Shown here piece by piece: positions 47,645 to 53,311 of a stretch of 53,311 bases of DNA; positions within the stretch are counted from its first letter, which is position 1, and each line of letters opens with the position of its first letter. The stretch lies in assembly GCA_050014135.1 (NCBI GenBank), contig JBEKDX010000001.1:1-53311 (forward strand), written 5' to 3'. The notes below the pieces were generated by a model that saw nothing but the letters and a program-made list of their open reading frames with translations, was not told the origin of the DNA and ran no database searches. The translations under genes were made by a program, and so were the position numbers. The DNA comes from Terracidiphilus sp. (GTDB lineage Bacteria; Acidobacteriota; Terriglobia; Terriglobales; Acidobacteriaceae).

Positions 47645-48529
47645 ATGAGCCTCGGCCTCATCGCCGGTAACGGACGGTTTCCGTTTCTGATTCTGGATGC
47701 GGCGCGGGCGCAGGGGATCTCGGTTGTTGTCGCCGCGATTCGCGAAGAGACCGACGCGGAAATCGACCGGCGCGCCGCCGCCGACAGCGGCATCACCGTC
47801 CATTGGCTCTCGCTTGGCGAGCTTTCGCGCCTGATCGAAACCTTCCAGAAGGAAGGCGTCGCGAAGGCGGTGATGGCCGGGCAGGTGAAGCACAAACAGA
47901 TTTTCAGTAGCATCCGTCCCGACTGGCGGCTGGCCAAGCTGTTGCTCAATCTGCGCACGCGCAATACCGATATGCTGCTGGGCGCGGTGGCCAAGGTGCT
48001 TGCCGATGAAGGCATTGAACTGATCAGTTCGACGGCTTTTCTGGAGCCGCTGCTGGCGCGGGAGGGTGTGCTGACCGAACGTGCGCCGGGTGGGCGCGCG
48101 CCGGACAACGACGAGCGCAAGAATATCGAGTACGGCTTGAGCGTCGCCCGCGCCGTGGCTGGCTACGACATTGGCCAGACGGTGGTGGTGGCCGCGCAGG
48201 CCTGTATTGCCGTCGAGGCGATGGAAGGCACCGATGCCGCCATCGAACGCGCCGGGCTTCTATTGCGCTCGCTTGAAGATGATGCTTCCACATTGCAGCG
48301 CCGTTTGACCGTTGTCAAAGTGGCCAAGCCGAATCAGGATATGCGTTTCGATGTTCCAGTCATCGGCATTGCGACGGTCGAGGCGATGATCCGCGCCGGC
48401 GCCAGTTGCCTCTCGGTCGAGGCCGGACGCACGCTGCTCTTCGACCGCGAGGCATTGCTGCAGAGAGCCGCCGAGGCGGGGATTGCGATTGTGGCTACGC
48501 CAGTAGTCAGCGATTTGCGGATATACTGA
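47645..48529 (+). CDS. lpxI: UDP-2,3-diacylglucosamine diphosphatase (DUF1009)
   Basis: LGLIAGNGRFP, DIGQTVVV, AVEAMEGTD, KPNQDMRFDVPVIG; lipid A gene context. Confidence 0.93.
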   Translation: MSLGLIAGNGRFPFLILDAARAQGISVVVAAIREETDAEIDRRAAADSGITVHWLSLGELSRLIETFQKEGVAKAVMAGQVKHKQIFSSIRPDWRLAKLLLNLRTRNTDMLLGAVAKVLADEGIELISSTAFLEPLLAREGVLTERAPGGRAPDNDERKNIEYGLSVARAVAGYDIGQTVVVAAQACIAVEAMEGTDAAIERAGLLLRSLEDDASTLQRRLTVVKVAKPNQDMRFDVPVIGIATVEAMIRAGASCLSVEAGRTLLFDREALLQRAAEAGIAIVATPVVSDLRIY

Positions 48530-48617
48530 TGGTCAGCAGGATTCCCCCGGTACTCTCCCTGCTGTTCGTTGTTCCCGAGACCCTGGTCCCTAATCCCTGC
48601 TCTTAGGAGGTTTCCCC

Positions 48618-49166
48618 ATGAGAATTTCCCTTCTCTTTATTCTCGTCGCGGCTGTTGCGGTCACGGCCGCATTGGTCGCCGTTCGCGCGGCTGGTGATAA
48701 TGATCAAACGCTGCCCGCAGCCGGGCAGCTTGCTCCCACCTTTACCCTTCCCTCGCAGGACGGCTCCGAGATTTCGTTGTTGAGCTATCGCGGCAAGTGG
48801 GTCGTTCTTTACTTCTATCCCAAGGACATGACCTCGGGCTGCACCATCGAGGCGCACAACTTCCAGCGCGACCAGGCACAATTTGACTTGGCCGACGCGG
48901 TGATCCTGGGCGTGAGCGTCGATACACCCGACAGCCACAAGCAGTTCTGCGCCAAGGAAGGCTTGACCTTCCGCCTGCTCGCCGACCCGGAGCACAAGGT
49001 CGTCGAAGCCTACGGCTCGCTGGGCCACTTTGGCCCGATCACAATTGCCAACCGCAACACTTTTCTGATCGATCCCACAGGCAAGATTGCCAAGGTGTGG
49101 ACCAAGGTCGAGGTGCAGCACCACTCCGAGGAAGTGCTGGCGGCGCTGGCGGAACTCAAAAAATAG
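48618..49166 (+). CDS. bcp: Peroxiredoxin, Bcp/PrxQ family, with N-terminal signal peptide
   Basis: LYFYPKDMTSGCTIEA, GVSVD, HKQFC, RNTFLIDP. AGGAGG RBS. Confidence 0.9.
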   Translation: MRISLLFILVAAVAVTAALVAVRAAGDNDQTLPAAGQLAPTFTLPSQDGSEISLLSYRGKWVVLYFYPKDMTSGCTIEAHNFQRDQAQFDLADAVILGVSVDTPDSHKQFCAKEGLTFRLLADPEHKVVEAYGSLGHFGPITIANRNTFLIDPTGKIAKVWTKVEVQHHSEEVLAALAELKK

Positions 49167-49261
49167 GTTCGCCACAACGGATCGAAAGACCGGCCTCGGC
49201 GACGGGGCCGCTGCTTTATTCTGAGAGGGAAACTGTGCCTAATCGGAAATCGGAGGAAGGT

Positions 49262-49720
49262 ATGCCAACAAAGATTGCCCAGGATTTCCGCGCCGAAATT
49301 GATGCAGTTCATAAAACCCTGCTCGCGCTTCCCATCGAGCTGGCCGACACGCCCTGGCGCGAGGGCGGATGGACGCGCAAGCAAATCGTCGGTCATCTGC
49401 TGGATTCGGCAGCCAACAATCGTCAGCGCTTTGTGCGCGCCAACATCCACGGCAGCTTCACCGGCCCAGACTATGCGCAGGCCGAGTGGGTCTCTGCGCA
49501 CGGCTACAGCGACCTGCCCTGGGCCACCCTGTTGCATTGGTGGGAAGTGGAGCATGAGATTCTTGCTGCCGCGGTTGATCATGTGCCTGAAGAACGGCTC
49601 GAATCAATCTGCAAGATCGGCGAAAACGCGCCGGTGACGCTGCGCTTTGTCATAGAGGATTACTTCCGGCATCAGCGCTGGCATCTCGAGCAGCTCACAG
49701 CTCCCGTTCCCGCGGGGTAA
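49262..49720 (+). CDS. DinB family protein
   Basis: WTRKQIVGHLLDSAANNRQRFVR, DYFRHQRWH. Start moved to ATG 49262. Confidence 0.88.
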   Translation: MPTKIAQDFRAEIDAVHKTLLALPIELADTPWREGGWTRKQIVGHLLDSAANNRQRFVRANIHGSFTGPDYAQAEWVSAHGYSDLPWATLLHWWEVEHEILAAAVDHVPEERLESICKIGENAPVTLRFVIEDYFRHQRWHLEQLTAPVPAG

Positions 49721-49743
49721 CGATTCCCCCTATTTTCAGGCGC

Positions 49744-49774
49744 AAAAAAGCCCGGCGCTGAGCCGGGCTCTTTT
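49744..49774. terminator. Bidirectional intrinsic terminator
   Basis: aaaaaa-gcccggc-gctga-gccgggc-tctttt between convergent genes. Confidence 0.85.
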
Positions 49775-49802
49775 GCTTGCCTTGTACTTCAGGTTGCCGC
49801 TG

Positions 49803-50402
49803 CTACTTGGTTGCCTTTTTCGCAGGGGCTTTCTTGGCGGCTGCCTTCTTCGCAGGAGCCTTCTTCGCAACTGCCTTCTTGGCAACTGCCTTCTTCGCCG
49901 GGGCCTTCTTGGCAACTGCCTTCTTTGCTGCCTTCTTGGCGGGCGCCTTCTTTGCTGCTTTCTTAACGGCCAACTTAATACCTCGCTTGTTGATTTTTCT
50001 GGCGCTCTTGCCGGCCGCGGCCTTCTTGGCCACTGCCTTTCCGCCCTTCGCGCCAGTACTGCTCTTCTTTGCGGCGGACTTCTTTGCGGCCTTCTTGGCC
50101 ACAACTTTTTTCCCGGCTGCCTTCTTAGCCACTGCCTTTTTCACAGGAGCCTTTTTTGCAGCCTTCTTTACAGGAGACTTTTTCTTCGCGGCCTTCTTGA
50201 CAGCCGGTTTCGATGCGGGCTTATCCACGATCACGATTACCGTCTCTTCAGCTACTCCCTCGTCGTCATCCGATGAGGTGAGTACGCTGGAGGTTTCAAC
50301 CTCTTCATCCTCTTCAAAGTCGTCGTGATCGGAATCCAGCTCAAAAGGCTCGGCATTCGCTTCGCCGTCGCTCATCGCATACATCCTGAACACTTCTTCC
50401 AT
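49803..50402 (-). CDS. Histone H1-like Lys/Ala-repeat protein with an acidic N-terminal region
   Basis: DSDHDDFEEDEE...SSDDDE followed by many KKA(P/V/A)xKK repeats. GGAGG 7 nt before ATG 50402; terminator downstream. Confidence 0.82.
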   Translation of the reverse strand: MEEVFRMYAMSDGEANAEPFELDSDHDDFEEDEEVETSSVLTSSDDDEGVAEETVIVIVDKPASKPAVKKAAKKKSPVKKAAKKAPVKKAVAKKAAGKKVVAKKAAKKSAAKKSSTGAKGGKAVAKKAAAGKSARKINKRGIKLAVKKAAKKAPAKKAAKKAVAKKAPAKKAVAKKAVAKKAPAKKAAAKKAPAKKATK

Positions 50403-50550
50403 CCCATTGCCTCCAGCGGCTTGCCGCTGCACTTGTTTTGCTGTTCACTTCACGCGGCTGAAAATCGCGTTCCGCTCACGCAAGCTATTCTAGCAACAGC
50501 TTGCACGCAAACGCCAGCAAATAAAAAAAGAGAAATGCTTTTTTTCAAAT

Positions 50551-52431
50551 TTATTTTGCCGCGGGTGTCTTGGCTTTGGCAACGCGCCGGTGCGCGGAGG
50601 ATTCTTTCGCGCTTGCCGTGCTGCTCTTTTTCGTCATCGAAGCGGTTGCAGAGCTATGCGCGGGCGCCTTGCCGCCGCTATTTTTTCGCGCGGTCGGAGC
50701 AGCGGGCCTTGCCTCCGCGCCCTTTGCTGGAGCGGCTTTCCGCGTTTGCGCTCCAGTTGAAGAGCTGCCGCTATGATGGGAGCGAGTTGCCGTGCGCGGC
50801 ACACTTGCTGGATCGGCGATATGCAATCTCTGTCCCGCCTGCACCTTGATGCCGGTGATCTTGTTCCAGCGGCGCAACTGCGCGAGAGAAACTCCGAAGC
50901 GATCCGAAATAGTTACTAGCGTCTCGCCCTTGCGCACCGTGTAGAGCAGCGCGCGTGCCGGTGGCGCGGCTGCAGGCGCCGCGGGAACCACCAGCGCCTC
51001 GACTCCCTCGATGCTGCCGCTGCCCTCGCTCACGCGCAAGTGATTGGCCGCGGCCAGCGCCGCCTCGGTCACGCGATACTCGCGCGCAACCGATGCCAGC
51101 GTGTCCTCGGACGTGACGCGATGGTAGCGCCAGGCATTGCGCTTGCCCTCTGGAATTGCCGCGATGCACTGCGCGAAGACCTCCGCCATTCCGCCCGGCA
51201 GATGCAGATCGAACGACGCATCAGGCGGTGTCACCATGCGCAGCAGGCTGGGATTCAGCGCCAGCAACTCGTCGGCCGGCGCGCCGGTCACGTCCGAAAC
51301 CAGGCGCAGGTCCACCGGATAGTTGATGGTCACCGTATCGGTCAACACCGGCGGGTCGAGCGTCACATCGTCGAAGCCGTACTGCGAGGGATGGTTGGCA
51401 ATGATAATAGCCGCCAGAATCTCAGGCACGTAATTCCGGGTTTCCCTGGGCAGATTGTTGCGCTTGTACAACTCCCAGAAATCGGCGTAGCCGGTCTTCT
51501 CGACGGCGCGCTGCACATTTCCTGCGCCCCAGTCGTAGCCGGCCATGGAGAGGTACCAGTCGCCCAGCTGGTCATAGATGAACTTCATGTAGCGAGCGTA
51601 TGCGCGCGTGGATTTTTCCGGATCGAAGCGCTCGTCCACGTACGCATTGCGGGCCAGCCCATAGTTTCCGTGCGGCATGAACTGCCACATTCCGCCAGCC
51701 TTGGAGCGGCGATTGAGCGCTCGCGGCTGGAAGCCGGATTCGGCCACGGCCAGGTAAATCAAGTCCTGCGGCACGCCCTCTTCGGCCATCACTCTCTGAA
51801 TCATTGCCTTGTAACGCCCGGCGCGCTCGAAGGAGTGCTCCAGCGTATTGTGACCTTTTTTGGTGTTGGCAAAAAAGTTGATGTAGGTGGCCACGTAGTC
51901 ATTCACCACTAGCGGCAGATCGGAGTTGGTGGTGGCCAGATCGGCCTTCGCCTTGGCGACGATGTTGGGGTCCACCTCGAAGGTCACATCTTCGGCCACA
52001 TCGGCCGGCGTAGGCTCTTCGGTGGGCACAAAGCCGTTGCCCTGCTTGAGCGCCTCCATCTCCAGCGCGTTCACGCCATCGACAATTCGGTCGAACTCCT
52101 CCTGCAACTGGGGATTGCTTTTGATCTCGATGCCGCATGTGAGCATCAGGTCGACGGCACGATCGAACTCCTGCTTGGCCTCGGGTAATTTGCCTTTGCG
52201 ATAGTTGGACTCGCCGTTGGCGTAGGCCTCCTCGACCTGCTGGATGATCAGGCTCACCCGCTGCTGCTCGATGGTGGGCGGCGCAGGCAACGCGGCCGCG
52301 ACAGCCCGCTGCGGCTCGGCAGCCTGTTGCGGTGAACTGCCGGCAGCTTCAACGGTCGCGGAGGGATAGCTGCCCGCCAGCGAGAAAGCCAGCATTGCGC
52401 ATCCGAATGTTCGATAGTGAATCCCGCTCAT
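50551..52431 (-). CDS. Lytic transglycosylase with LysM domains (MltD-like)
   Basis: YLAVAESGF (catalytic Glu), AGGMWQFM, DERFDP, ETRNYVP; LysM YTVRKGETL...LRRWN. Start moved to ATG 52431. Confidence 0.92.
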   Translation of the reverse strand: MSGIHYRTFGCAMLAFSLAGSYPSATVEAAGSSPQQAAEPQRAVAAALPAPPTIEQQRVSLIIQQVEEAYANGESNYRKGKLPEAKQEFDRAVDLMLTCGIEIKSNPQLQEEFDRIVDGVNALEMEALKQGNGFVPTEEPTPADVAEDVTFEVDPNIVAKAKADLATTNSDLPLVVNDYVATYINFFANTKKGHNTLEHSFERAGRYKAMIQRVMAEEGVPQDLIYLAVAESGFQPRALNRRSKAGGMWQFMPHGNYGLARNAYVDERFDPEKSTRAYARYMKFIYDQLGDWYLSMAGYDWGAGNVQRAVEKTGYADFWELYKRNNLPRETRNYVPEILAAIIIANHPSQYGFDDVTLDPPVLTDTVTINYPVDLRLVSDVTGAPADELLALNPSLLRMVTPPDASFDLHLPGGMAEVFAQCIAAIPEGKRNAWRYHRVTSEDTLASVAREYRVTEAALAAANHLRVSEGSGSIEGVEALVVPAAPAAAPPARALLYTVRKGETLVTISDRFGVSLAQLRRWNKITGIKVQAGQRLHIADPASVPRTATRSHHSGSSSTGAQTRKAAPAKGAEARPAAPTARKNSGGKAPAHSSATASMTKKSSTASAKESSAHRRVAKAKTPAAK

Positions 52432-52569
52432 GCGCACCTGAAATACTTTCGTCCTGCCCAGAAAACGGCGTAAGGGGTTCGGCCCTTGGAAGAAGCTATG
52501 TAGATGATAAGCTATGCCATGGAGGCATACGCGCGGAAGCGTGCAATTTGCCCTTTTCTCCCAGCCAAT

Positions 52570-53311
52570 ATGGACGCTCGCTTTCTCAGAAATTTTGCGA
52601 TCATCGCTCACATCGACCACGGCAAGTCGACGCTGAGTGACCGTCTTTTGGAGTTCACTGGCTCAGTGACCGGCCGCGAGATGCAAGCGCAGATTCTCGA
52701 TGACATGGACCTCGAACGTGAGCGTGGCATCACCATCAAGGCTCACGCCGTGCGCATGATGTACAAGGCTCACGACGGTAATACCTACCAGCTCAACCTG
52801 ATCGACACGCCCGGCCACGTGGATTTCAGCTATGAGGTTTCGCGCTCGCTGGCCTCCTGCGAGGGCGCGCTGCTGGTGGTGGATGCCTCGCAGGGCGTGG
52901 AGGCGCAGACCCTGGCCAACGCCTACTTGGCCATCAATCACGGGCTGGAGATCATTCCGGTCATCAACAAGATCGACCTGCCCTCGGCGGACATCCTGAG
53001 GACCCAGGAGGCCATCGAGAAGGCCGTCGGCCTGGACGCGACGGACGCCATTGCCGTGAGCGCCAAGACCGGCCAGGGCGTGGCCGAGGTGCTGGAGGCC
53101 ATTGTCAACCGGCTGCCGCCGCCCGCCGGCGACCCCGAGGCCCCTTTGCAGGCGCTGATCTTCGACTCTTGGTTCGATGCCTATCGCGGCGTGATCGTGC
53201 TGGTGCGCGTAATGCAGGGCACGATGCGTAAAGGGCAGCGCATACGGCTTATGTCGAATGGGAAAGCATTTGAAGTTGAGTCGATGGGCGTGCTGATGCC
53301 CAAACCGGTGG
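52570..53311 (+). CDS. lepA: Elongation factor 4, truncated by the right window edge
   Basis: [64 protein letters not shown]. Not in the ORF track. Confidence 0.97.
   Translation, partial: MDARFLRNFAIIAHIDHGKSTLSDRLLEFTGSVTGREMQAQILDDMDLERERGITIKAHAVRMMYKAHDGNTYQLNLIDTPGHVDFSYEVSRSLASCEGALLVVDASQGVEAQTLANAYLAINHGLEIIPVINKIDLPSADILRTQEAIEKAVGLDATDAIAVSAKTGQGVAEVLEAIVNRLPPPAGDPEAPLQALIFDSWFDAYRGVIVLVRVMQGTMRKGQRIRLMSNGKAFEVESMGVLMPKPV

Noticed and set aside
49773-50328. Plus-strand FFAAF-repeat and Leu/Cys-rich ORFs resembling membrane proteins
   Set aside because: Reverse-complement shadows of the Lys/Ala-repeat gene, which has the RBS.
52432-52620. N-terminal extension of the transglycosylase ORF overlapping lepA
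   Set aside because: Overlaps the lepA start on the opposite strand; the signal-peptide-like sequence begins at 52431.

Overview
A GC-rich bacterial chromosomal window, mostly housekeeping. The gene set (hpnI, lipid A genes, paired MacB-type permeases, an ECF sigma/anti-sigma/DUF4097 locus) suggests Acidobacteriota (Terriglobia-like); this is inference. Core genes include queA, asnS, glgC, alr, a 2-oxoacid dehydrogenase E2 with lipB, rnpB (RNase P RNA), dut-fabZ-lpxA-lpxI, an MltD-type lytic transglycosylase and the 5' part of lepA. Accessory content includes an RHS/YD fragment at the left edge, a four-gene signalling cassette (two related His kinases, REC-HDOD, REC plus degenerate GGDEF), three type II toxin-antitoxin modules and a truncated MBL-fold gene. 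The most notable observations are: (1) REP/MITE-like palindromes found between genes and also inserted in frame in three protein-coding genes (hpnI, DUF2252, ECF sigma); (2) a translationally coupled MNT-HEPN-DUF2971 trio converging on hicAB next to rnpB, a candidate defence islet; (3) a GAF gene whose frame reads antisense through most of a PemK toxin gene; (4) many genes with a -10 hexamer 6-8 nt before the start codon and no clear Shine-Dalgarno (possibly leaderless); (5) inverted heptamer-repeat hairpins between genes. No CRISPR array, tRNA, rRNA, integrase or transposase was recognised. All calls are motif recognition by eye; no searches were run, and several starts were moved from the ORF-track maximum to a more plausible internal start.
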